Below are positions 16,601 through 23,399 of a DNA stretch of 33,167 bases, piece after piece. The notes under the pieces are model-generated. The model ran no database searches. It saw only the letters and a list, made by a program, of their open reading frames with translations, and had not been told where the DNA came from. Source of the DNA: Opitutus sp. GAS368 (GTDB taxonomy: Bacteria > Verrucomicrobiota > Verrucomicrobiia > Opitutales > Opitutaceae). Each line of letters opens with the position of its first letter. The first letter of the stretch is position 1. Position numbers and translations under genes: made by a program. The stretch covers positions 1 through 33,167 of the forward strand of contig CAMATV010000001.1 in NCBI GenBank assembly GCA_945861235.1. Direction: 5' to 3'.

Positions 16601-16690
16601 TTTTTCGTCGACTGCCCGAGAACCGGGAGCGAGGGCCGAGGCGAGCACCATCGAGGCGAGCACGCGGAATTCTGAAGAACTTATTTTCAT
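13676..16690 (-). CDS. TonB-dependent receptor with N-terminal CarboxypepD_reg-like domain (TBDR-2)
   Basis: Track ORF starts at TTG 16711. ATG at 16690 gives MKISSSEFRVLASMVLASALAPGS. Then ITGTISNSATRNLLEGARVEL...TGRYVLTGVRAGTHEIAVSYIGL, plug (DAFKVTGEREGDALAITAQRNASNVKNIVAMDSFGNLPN) and barrel, ending ...LGVSGRF. Paralog of 28875..31919. Confidence 0.88.
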   Translation of the reverse strand: MKISSSEFRVLASMVLASALAPGSRAVDEKSINAETPVSTITGTISNSATRNLLEGARVELPTLGLKALTDNTGRYVLTGVRAGTHEIAVSYIGLDSANGQITIGAGQRALRDFELSSNIYRLDAFKVTGEREGDALAITAQRNASNVKNIVAMDSFGNLPNMSAGEVVMRLPGIAGSPSEEGLAYAFNIRGMAPGLNTVTVDGGLMASIGTNRAFELQSISGTMFEQLEVIKGHTPDKTADSLGGTINMKTRSPLNMKEKRRVTYSATVRTAPAFTEQVPRREEHRSHPLLNLAYQEVFSVFGGTRNLGIAANIFYSENAVGQFRVTNQFQNTTNLNEPAYQWSYQTREGYNNRMQRSVNVKTDYRHSFSTKFSLSATINDNVERFRRTDNATAYTGNGTTVPNATTSGVVPGYTEKITQVRQIPGAMIDIVNNGPNSYVVETYLLDFGAEHEYGRWRIDYNVSFSRNHQQSGLLPQGGQTTLTNRLSNVGWTIDRTLSDVFPRFTQTAGLDVTNGANYRPIANGLLKTSSEQPQTLPQARGNVRYTVPTAVPAHLKAGLSWRAQKVSLANYSRRWSYLGTTGLAADPNARPYNNIKTALKLPRWQTSDFFGGGSAGIFPANPALWLEDGYFFESNKYSGTRSLSEEVTAGYFMAQGNLAREGWLGRTGYLAGVRTEKTDTEGQGWVLVRANLRSTNAQQVADPAGSAKRDYESAARASKGSYTKSFPSAHLTHDLTKDIKARLSWSTSFGRPAISNLLPSESANETTQTVTINNPSLLPQTAKNWDFTLDYYFEPVGNVSLGWFKKTIKDYIVTGTNTGIVPTGPDNGYNGEYAGFMRLTSSNNGTATVDGWEFSYRQQFTFLPGLFKGLSGAANYTVIDTKGNFGTTAERKTGQVPGFIPKAGNVSLSWRYQSFSTRILYNYTGNYISSYNSTSPGASLYRYSFKTTNLGLAYQLRPAVSLTGDVANIFNAPQRLYQGVPGRAQDIMYNYVTVTLGVSGRF

Positions 16691-16748
16691 AGTGGCGGAA
16701 ATTTTACTCAAAAGAATACCTTTTTGAGACGGGGGTTACTGATAACGG

Positions 16749-17028
16749 ACTGGCTTTTCAGGGGGATCATAAGGGACTGGATTTTCAGGGGATCGGATCC
16801 GGAAGGAGTTTAAGGGGAGGGGCATGGTGGGAGCTGGATGAGTTAGCCGTAAATCAGTCGATTTTGAGATGGCGGCGGGTTCGGCTGAGGATGGAGACTT
16901 GGGGTGGGGAACGGCTGCGACGGAAAGGGGGCTTTCGGGCGCGAATCGAGGCTCTGCTTGCCGATTTGGGGCAAGCAGCGCGGGGTGGGGATGCGCGGAT
17001 GCAGTGATCCGGATCGCTCGGAGTCAAG
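16749..17028 (-). repeat. Repeat modules M2 (partial copy plus full copy) and M3, copy D, upstream of TBDR-2
   Basis: Partial M2 at 16749-16768 (actggcttttcagggggatc). Full M2 at 16777-16813. M3 at 16814-17028 aligns with 32190-32404; both are 215 nt, with about 30 differences by hand count. Confidence 0.9.
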
Positions 17029-17042
17029 GAGCCAGCGTTTTT
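17015..17042 (+). terminator. Weak hairpin plus T5 run at the plus-strand end of M3 copy D
   Basis: CGCT(C)GG at 17015-17021 pairs with CCAGCG at 17032-17037 (6 bp, 1 bulge, 10-nt loop). Followed by TTTTT at 17038-17042. Confidence 0.3.
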
Positions 17043-17196
17043 AGAATCGCGGTAAACGCCTAACCGGGGTCGGAACCCCTTGCGCGGACGCGCCACCAAT
17101 GACACCCCACACGGCCTTCGGCATCAGACTGCTAGACGGGCTTAGAAAATACCCGTGCAAGGACGATGGAGCTATTGCCTCGCGGAAAGAACCGCT

Positions 17197-17331
17197 CACC
17201 TGCATGCACGATCTGCGGCTATATCGCGGCATCGCGCACGCTGTTGATTTCTGTCACGGCCAAAATCCGATTTTGGGGCGGGGGCTGCTAGGAAACTGAA
17301 TTTTTAGGGGGATCGGATCCGGGAGGGTTAA
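17197..17331 (-). repeat. Repeat modules M1' (diverged) plus M2, copy C, abutting the TBDR remnant
   Basis: ...ttctgtcacggccaaaatccgattttggggcgggggctgctaggaaactgaatttttagggggatcggatccgggagggttaa. The dyad CCAAAATC-C-GATTTTGG replaces the CCAAAACC-C-GGTTTT(T)GG of copies A and B. Confidence 0.85.
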
Positions 17332-17509
17332 TCGCCACCCGGGCGGTTCCCGCGATGGCGACCGAAGCTCCGGCAAGGTATAAACGGGTCGCGGCGTTGT
17401 TAACCTCGCTGGTGAGGCTGGCCGCAGGGGCGGAGGAAACCGGCGCGGAAGACGAAAACAAGGCTCCGAGGGTGGTGAGGAGGAAAGCGAAAGGACGGGA
17501 ACGTTTCAT
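17288..17509 (-). pseudogene. Remnant of a TonB-dependent receptor gene: signal peptide plus the first part of the CarboxypepD_reg domain, then read-through into repeat M2
   Basis: ATG at 17509 gives MKRSRPFAFLLTTLGALFSSSAPVSSAPAASLTSEVNNAATRLYLAGASVAIAGTARVA. This aligns with GSLTGFVSNAETKRGLEGAIVEVPQ of TBDR-4. The remaining 14 codons (INPPGSDPPKNSVS) are simply the translation of repeat M2/M1'. Confidence 0.6.
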
Positions 17510-17655
17510 GTCGGTGCGCGGCGTATTCGTGGTGGGTAGTTTCAGGGGCACGGGGGCATAGGATGGCCAACGGGCGGCGGAACGGCCGCTATTACTACCC
17601 CCCAGGAATCAAGCAATTCATCAGCCGGCGAAATCAGATCACCGTCGGGATTCAA

Positions 17656-19749
17656 TCACTGTGCCCGCAGCGCGGCGACCGCCCCGCCACCGATCACGAC
17701 CCGGGCGTTGGAACCGTAAATGCTGCGCGCGGCTTCGGCGGTGACGGCCTTGCCCTCCACGTCGACCGGATCCAGCAGGACCACGCGGCCACGACCCGCC
17801 TGCGCAGCGAGGTCGGACAGATCCAGATCCTGCAGGACGCCGGGAATAATGATGTCCACGTGTGGTTCCGGCAGCTGCGGCGTGCGCACAAGTTCGAGGT
17901 AGGACAGCACCGTGCCGTTCGCCACGGTCCGGGCGATGCGGGGCTCGAGCGCGGTCGCGTAGAGCGCGATCACGCCCAGGTTGCCGCGGCCAACGAGCGA
18001 AATCCGGTCGGACGCAACCCACGGCTGGGCGCGTACGAAATCGTAGAGCGCCAGTGCATCCTGCACCCGCATGCCGGGCATCGATTTACCGATGAGAATC
18101 GCCCGCATGGCCGTCTTGTAGGGCTGGGTGTAATACGAGCGCTTTTCCGTCGTCGCCGGGAGCGCGCCGCGCAACGGCGCGACCACCACCCCCTGTCCCG
18201 CCCGCAGCCAGGCGGCGACATCCGCGTCGGCCGCCGCGTCCACGGCACCGAGATTCTCCCGCAGCACGATCACCGCCGGTCGCCGCTCGCCCCCGCCCGC
18301 GGGCGTGAAGACCTGCACGTTCAACTCGATGCCGGGCTCCGGCACGACTGCGAAGGTCTCCGCGGCGAAACCCGTGCCGGCAGTGCGAACCCGCGACGTC
18401 GCCGTCGCCGCCGCGCGTCCCGCCGGCAGGCCGAGCCGGCGCGCAATCGTCGCGCGCGCCGCCGTGGCGTCGCCCGCTTTTGCCAGCGTGCGCCGTGCGT
18501 GGACTTCCTCGGCGCGGGCCTGGTTGAGCTGCTGCATCGTCTTCGAGCCGAGCGCCGTGACGACATGGCCCGTGTCGGTGCAGTGGAGCGTGCGCACGTT
18601 CTCCGTCGTGTGCTCCGGCTCGTTCACGAACTCCGCCCGGCCGGCGAGCCACTGATCGAACCACGCGGTCGTGGCCTCGCGGCGAGGCTTCGACCAGGCG
18701 TGGCCGTCGTTGAATTCAAAATACCCCATCTGCTTCTCCGCGCCCAGCAGCGCGAACATCCGCCGGGCCTCCACGTGCGCCACCCGCGCGCCCTCGACCG
18801 GGAACATGTCCTTCGTCGCGGTCAGCATTAAGATCGGCTTGGGCGCAAATGCCAAGGCGAGATCGGAGAAGTCGAGCCCGGCGCGAATCCAGCCGGGCAG
18901 CACCTGCTCGGAGTCCTGGGGGCCGCCGCTCTTCCAGAGATGCGGCCAGTCAGTCCAGTAGCAGGACGACGCCACCGCCGCCAGCCGCGGTTCGCAGATC
19001 CCAAGAAAGGCGGACTGCGTGCCGCCGCCGGAATTGCCCGCCACCCCGATGCGGCGTCCGTCGACCTCGGGACGCGTGAGCAGGTAGTCGAAGCCGCGAA
19101 TGCCATCCCACATGAAGTACCGCGCGCTCGTGTCGCCCGTGAGGAGGCACTGCAGTCCCGGGCTAATGTGGCCGAGCGACTTCATCTCGCCCGTGGCCGG
19201 ATCCTTGAGTTCCCAACGTTCGCCCTGGGCCGGCGGATCGAAGGCGAGGACGACGTAGCCGCGCAGCGCGAGCGCGATGAAGGCAGACTGGTACACGGGC
19301 GACGCCTTGCCTTCCGGCATGGCGTGCCCCGCCGTGCCGAGCACCGCGGGAAACGGCCCCGGGCCGGTCGTGGGCACGTAGAGGTTGGCCGTGACGAAGC
19401 ATCCCGGGAGGCTCTCGTAGATCACCTTCTCAACCCGATAGCCTTTGCGCTCGAGCGTGCCGGTGACGCGCGCGTTAAGCGGCGTTTTCGTGGCCGGCAG
19501 GCCGCCGATCGCCCGGAGAAATTCCGCCCGGATGAACGCGATTCGCTGCCGGACGTCGTCCGCCGTCGTAACCCTCGCCAGCTGATTCGCCCGGTCGCGC
19601 CACTGCTGCTGCACGAGGGCGCCGAAATAGTTTTCCAACGGATAGCCCTCCGCGGGAGGCACTGGCGCCTTGGCTCCGGTCGCCAACAAAATCCCGGCGG
19701 TCGCAAACCCGAAAATCAGAGAACGAAGGACAAGGGATGGGAGGCGCAT
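17656..19749 (-). CDS. Secreted alpha/beta-hydrolase-fold serine hydrolase (AXE1/peptidase-S9-like N-terminal half) with a long C-terminal extension
   Basis: ATG at 19749; signal peptide MRLPSLVLRSLIFGFATAGILLATGA. Nucleophile elbow: IGVAGNSGGGTQS. Candidate Asp in LMLTATKDMF and candidate His in FNDGHAW (Ser-Asp-His order). Paralog of 23400..25394. Confidence 0.75.
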   Translation of the reverse strand: MRLPSLVLRSLIFGFATAGILLATGAKAPVPPAEGYPLENYFGALVQQQWRDRANQLARVTTADDVRQRIAFIRAEFLRAIGGLPATKTPLNARVTGTLERKGYRVEKVIYESLPGCFVTANLYVPTTGPGPFPAVLGTAGHAMPEGKASPVYQSAFIALALRGYVVLAFDPPAQGERWELKDPATGEMKSLGHISPGLQCLLTGDTSARYFMWDGIRGFDYLLTRPEVDGRRIGVAGNSGGGTQSAFLGICEPRLAAVASSCYWTDWPHLWKSGGPQDSEQVLPGWIRAGLDFSDLALAFAPKPILMLTATKDMFPVEGARVAHVEARRMFALLGAEKQMGYFEFNDGHAWSKPRREATTAWFDQWLAGRAEFVNEPEHTTENVRTLHCTDTGHVVTALGSKTMQQLNQARAEEVHARRTLAKAGDATAARATIARRLGLPAGRAAATATSRVRTAGTGFAAETFAVVPEPGIELNVQVFTPAGGGERRPAVIVLRENLGAVDAAADADVAAWLRAGQGVVVAPLRGALPATTEKRSYYTQPYKTAMRAILIGKSMPGMRVQDALALYDFVRAQPWVASDRISLVGRGNLGVIALYATALEPRIARTVANGTVLSYLELVRTPQLPEPHVDIIIPGVLQDLDLSDLAAQAGRGRVVLLDPVDVEGKAVTAEAARSIYGSNARVVIGGGAVAALRAQ

Positions 19750-19847
19750 AATCAGGAAAACCCACAGTTGTTACCGAACCGTGGAGGCGGGGCACTTCTG
19801 TCCCGAGGAAGGGCCACTTCCGCCTCCGAGTCAAACCTTGGCTGCCG

Positions 19848-19886
19848 GCCGCACGCGATTTTTCGGGCCGGCCGAACGCGTGCGGC
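19848..19886. promoter_or_regulatory. Strong composite hairpin/dyad about 100-137 nt upstream of the 19749 start codon
   Basis: GCCGCACGCG (19848-19857) and CGCGTGCGGC (19877-19886) form a perfect 10-bp inverted repeat. The inner TTCGG/CCGAA adds 5 bp around a 5-nt loop. Confidence 0.6.
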
Positions 19887-20089
19887 ATCCAGTTCCCGAT
19901 TGAAATCAAGCGCGGCGCAAAGGACTGTCGTCGTCCTTTCCACGACCTTCGGCGTCGCGTTACCCGTGACGCTGAGAGTCGTTGCCCGTTTCCCTCCGCC
20001 CACCGGATCCGCCCTCGCGGCCGACGCGATCTGCCCCGTCCATAAAATCGAGCTCCCCCCACCTTCGACGGTTTGTTGCTGCTCGGAAA

Positions 20090-20124
20090 CTGGATTTTCA
20101 GCAAGAATCGGACACGGTCGGGCC
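20090..20124 (-). repeat. Repeat module M2, degenerate copy H, upstream of the lone alpha/beta-hydrolase gene
   Basis: ggaaactggattttcag is intact. The 3' half (caagaatcggacacggtcgggcc) matches the consensus only partially. Confidence 0.6.
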
Positions 20125-20419
20125 GTTCAATGTTCGAATGGTAATCATGCACAATGAAAACCGAGCAAAACCTCGAACTCCGAACTCCGAACGACGAACG
20201 GCCCGACCCCATTGGTTACACGGCTCTTCACATGTATCGAGCTGATCGATACGCAAAGTGCGCAACAGAATTTCCCTCTCTTCTGGCAATGGGTGAAGGA
20301 TCATCCTGCCCATCGGCAAAATTTTTTTCTTCCCAATGTCCCGCAAAATCGGAGCCGCTAGTCCTGATCAGCCATTTAGATCAACCTAGGACCACGCGCT
20401 GAATCTGCACGGCGCGGCC

Positions 20420-20557
20420 CGATGGGGTCTGTCCGCTGATTGCAATGCAGTCCTATCGCTGAATCTTGGCGCCTCGAGGATGGGTCGGATCGGCGCTGGC
20501 ACGGGCTGAGGGCAATCTCTCGCAACAGACCTTGCAATCAGCGGACTGACCCCATCG
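20420..20557. repeat. 138-bp element bounded by 26-bp near-perfect terminal inverted repeats (MITE-like or long stem-loop)
   Basis: Left arm cGATGGGGTCTGTCCGCTGATTGCAA at 20420-20445. Right arm TTGCAATCAGCGGACTGACCCCATCg at 20532-20557. One mismatch in 26. The direct repeat CGCTGAATCT occurs at 20397-20406 and 20457-20466. Confidence 0.85.
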
Positions 20558-20696
20558 CCCCCCCCTTACCGCCGGTGATTCGCATTCGGTAGCGATCGGT
20601 CAATCTTCGGAGGCTTTCCGGCGTTTCGCAGTCTTGGGCAAGAGCGAACGCACCAGCGGCAGGGAGCCGGAAGGCGAGGAAGCTGCTGAGCTCGCC

Positions 20697-22148
20697 TCAG
20701 GCGCCGATTTCCTGCTCCGAAGGTAGGACGAAGGGCTTGCGGTATTCGCGGGTCAGGAGCGCGTTCGCGGCGGCGTTGGCGACGAATTTTTCCTGGCCCG
20801 GCTCGGCCTGCAGGAGCGGGCCCAGGGTCAGCTTCGATTTTTCCAGGTCGACGTTGTTGTCCGCCAGATGCCGGCGCGTGCGCGCAAACGTCTCCATGAC
20901 GTCGTCGTGTGCATTGAGCTGGCTCAGCTGTTGCTCGATCTCGCGCGGCGTGGCGGGTTTTCCGAGCCGCCAGGAAATGTTGGCGGCGTGAATGAGCGCG
21001 GTGGACTGGTGGCCCTCGAGAATGTCGGCCTTCATATCGGTAACCTTGCGCGTGCGCATGGCCTGGAGGAAATTTGCGAAGTGGTTGTCGCTTTTCCCGT
21101 CGAAAGCGCGGACCAGCTTCCCCTTCAGATCGAACAGCGACGTGTCGGCGATGATGCCCTCGGTGCCGAAGAAGAACCATCCGTTCTTCACGTCCGGGTG
21201 ATAGGGCTCGCTCTTCAGTCCGCGGGTCTCCGTGACGATCGTCTTGCCGCCAAAATCAAGGATCGCGACCTGCGTGTTCGGGGTTTCGCCCGCGTCGGCA
21301 TAACCCACGCGCCCGCCGTAGCTCAGCACGCCGCGACCTAGGCCGCTGACGCCCAGGCCCCAGCGGCAGATGTCGAGGCCGTGGATGTTGTTGTTGCCGA
21401 TCTCGCCGTCGCCCGTGTCCCAGATCCAGTGCCAGTCGTAGTGGAAGTTCGGACGGTTGATCGGCCCCATTGAGGCCGGGCCGGCCCATTGGTTGTAATC
21501 GACGCTCGCCGGAATCTTCCCAGGCGTCGGCCCGCCGATCGATTTGCGCGAACCGTACATGATGCTGCGCGCGAGCTTCACTTCGCCCAGCTTGCCTTCC
21601 TGTACATACTGCACGGCGGTCGCGAGCGGACCACGCGAACGGTTCTGCGTGCCGCCCTGGCAGATGCGCCCGTAACGGCGAGCGGCCTGCACCATCCGCC
21701 GGCCCTCGACAATGGTATGGCTGACGGGTTTCTCCACGTAGACGTCCTTGCCGGCCTGCATCGCCCAGACGGCGCTGAGCGCATGCCAGTGGTTGGGCGA
21801 GGCGATGAACACCGCGGCGACGGACTTGTCGTCGAGCACCACGCGCACGTCCTGCACGGCCTTCGGAGCGCGGCCGCTCTTGGCGCCGATCGTGGCCGCG
21901 AGTTCGGCGGCGCGATCACGATCCGGATCGCACACGTACGCGACTTCGCAGTCGGGCAGGGCGGCGAGCGAACTCGCGTGCTGCTTGCCGCGAATGCCGC
22001 AACCGAGAATGGCCACGGTGATCCGGTCGTTCGCACTGACCTTCGTCGGTTCGGCCGCCCCGAGTCGTGACGGCAGCGCCGCGGCGGCGGCCGCTGCCGC
22101 GGTGAGCATGGACTGCTCGAGAAAGTGGCGGCGGGTGAGGTGAGTCAT
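20697..22148 (-). CDS. Tat-exported Gfo/Idh/MocA-family NAD(P)-binding oxidoreductase (about 480 aa class)
   Basis: Track ORF 20697..22196. ATG at 22148 gives MTHLTRRHFLEQSMLTAAAAAAAALPSRLGAAEP (twin-arginine signal). Followed by the Rossmann motif ITVAILGCGIRGKQH and ASPNHWHA. Confidence 0.85.
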   Translation of the reverse strand: MTHLTRRHFLEQSMLTAAAAAAAALPSRLGAAEPTKVSANDRITVAILGCGIRGKQHASSLAALPDCEVAYVCDPDRDRAAELAATIGAKSGRAPKAVQDVRVVLDDKSVAAVFIASPNHWHALSAVWAMQAGKDVYVEKPVSHTIVEGRRMVQAARRYGRICQGGTQNRSRGPLATAVQYVQEGKLGEVKLARSIMYGSRKSIGGPTPGKIPASVDYNQWAGPASMGPINRPNFHYDWHWIWDTGDGEIGNNNIHGLDICRWGLGVSGLGRGVLSYGGRVGYADAGETPNTQVAILDFGGKTIVTETRGLKSEPYHPDVKNGWFFFGTEGIIADTSLFDLKGKLVRAFDGKSDNHFANFLQAMRTRKVTDMKADILEGHQSTALIHAANISWRLGKPATPREIEQQLSQLNAHDDVMETFARTRRHLADNNVDLEKSKLTLGPLLQAEPGQEKFVANAAANALLTREYRKPFVLPSEQEIGA

Positions 22149-22204
22149 GGGAGCGGAAAGAGAGGTTGCGTTGGCGAGGGGAATTGGTGGGTGCAATCAA
22201 CGCA

Positions 22205-23272
22205 TCAGCGCGGGAGCTTGCCGGCGGCTTCCGTGCGGGCTTTCGCGAGCACGCTGGCGATCGTCACGGCCTTGCCGCCCTGCCGCTTGCTTTCGTCGGC
22301 AGCCTCCATGAACGCGAGGACCTCGAGCGTTTCCTCGGCGCTGACCGGCGCTTGGCGCGTCCGGAAAAAACGGGCGATCTCGACGCAGAGGCCCCGATAG
22401 CCGCCGAGGCTCCCGGGTGCGGCCGGGGCGAAGGACTCGGTGCCAAACGCGACGAGACCGAAACCGCCCTTGACTTTGCGGAACCCGCGATACGTCGCGA
22501 CCCGGCCATCCTGCCAGGTGCCCGACACGACATCGACATCCTTGGTGTGCACGCGCGTGACCGACTCGCAGCCGCGGCCGAGGAGCGCGAAGAGCGGCTC
22601 GACGCCATGAATACCGTAGAAGAAAAGGTCCGGTGTGCCCGGCTCGTAATCGCAGGGTCCCCAGGACATCGCGCCGACGATCCGGCCGAGTTCGGCCTTC
22701 TTGGACAGTTCGGCGATGGCGGGGGTAAACCGCAGCGACGAGGAGGAGAAGCAGGGCACGTTGTGCTTCTTCGCCAGCTCATAGATCGCCACGGCATCGG
22801 CGAGCGTGCCGGCCGCCGGCTTGTCGATGAACAGCGGCTTGCCCGCCAGGATCACCGGGATCGCCTCCTGCAAATGGATGCGGCCGTCGACGCTCTCGAT
22901 GAACACCACGTCCACCTTCTCCAGCAGCTTCGGGATCGAATCGACAATCTCCACCCCGGCGGCGCGCACGGTCTCGGTGAATTTTTGCACGCGATTCTTG
23001 CTCGCCGGCATGTCGGTGCCACCGGGATAACCGGCCACGATCCGGACACCCGCGAGGTCGGCGGGCGCGTTCGGGTCGTTGAAGAGTTTCACGAACGCAG
23101 GGACATGCGACGTATCCAGGCCTATCATACCGGCTCGCAGCGGCGCGGGCGCAGCGCTGGCCAGGCCGGCGCCCACGACGAGGGCGAGGCAGGCGACGAC
23201 AGCGTGGCGCCACCACGGGCGCGAGGGAGAGAACGAAGCGGGCAGGGCGTGGGCGTTGGCGGGGCAATTCAT
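22205..23272 (-). CDS. Exported Gfo/Idh/MocA-family oxidoreductase (about 350 aa class)
   Basis: ATG at 23272; hydrophobic leader ...WWRHAVVACLALVVGAGLASAAPA. Then LRAGMIGLDTSHVPAFVKLF (dinucleotide-binding N-terminus typical of the family), VVFIESVDGRIH and LFIDKP. Confidence 0.8.
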   Translation of the reverse strand: MNCPANAHALPASFSPSRPWWRHAVVACLALVVGAGLASAAPAPLRAGMIGLDTSHVPAFVKLFNDPNAPADLAGVRIVAGYPGGTDMPASKNRVQKFTETVRAAGVEIVDSIPKLLEKVDVVFIESVDGRIHLQEAIPVILAGKPLFIDKPAAGTLADAVAIYELAKKHNVPCFSSSSLRFTPAIAELSKKAELGRIVGAMSWGPCDYEPGTPDLFFYGIHGVEPLFALLGRGCESVTRVHTKDVDVVSGTWQDGRVATYRGFRKVKGGFGLVAFGTESFAPAAPGSLGGYRGLCVEIARFFRTRQAPVSAEETLEVLAFMEAADESKRQGGKAVTIASVLAKARTEAAGKLPR

Positions 23273-23399
23273 AGGGGTGAAGCGAGGGTTGATATTGGTC
23301 CCAGAGGTACAAGGGAATTACGGCGATCGTCCGGTCGCCGGCGCGCCGACGTAGACGAGGCATCCTGCCTCCTGGGTCGCAACGGAAAGGGAGTTCCGG

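Noticed and set aside
16854-17105. ORFs spanning M3 on both strands: 16854..17105 and 31804..32403 (minus); 16869..17063 and 32210..32563 (plus)
   Set aside because: A hand codon-by-codon comparison of the two copies in both frames shows mostly non-synonymous changes, one stop-versus-sense difference and a local frame-shifting indel pair. There is no sign of purifying selection on a protein.
17563-20157. Plus-strand ORFs of 422 aa (17563..18831) and 405 aa (18940..20157)
   Set aside because: Both are antisense to the alpha/beta-hydrolase gene. They are extremely Arg-rich with no motifs, whereas the minus-strand protein has a coherent signal peptide and catalytic triad.
20154-20402. 82-aa ORFs on both strands in the low-GC patch (20154..20402 plus, 20098..20346 minus)
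   Set aside because: There is no start context and no recognisable motif. The two ORFs mutually overlap, and the region looks like decayed non-coding DNA.
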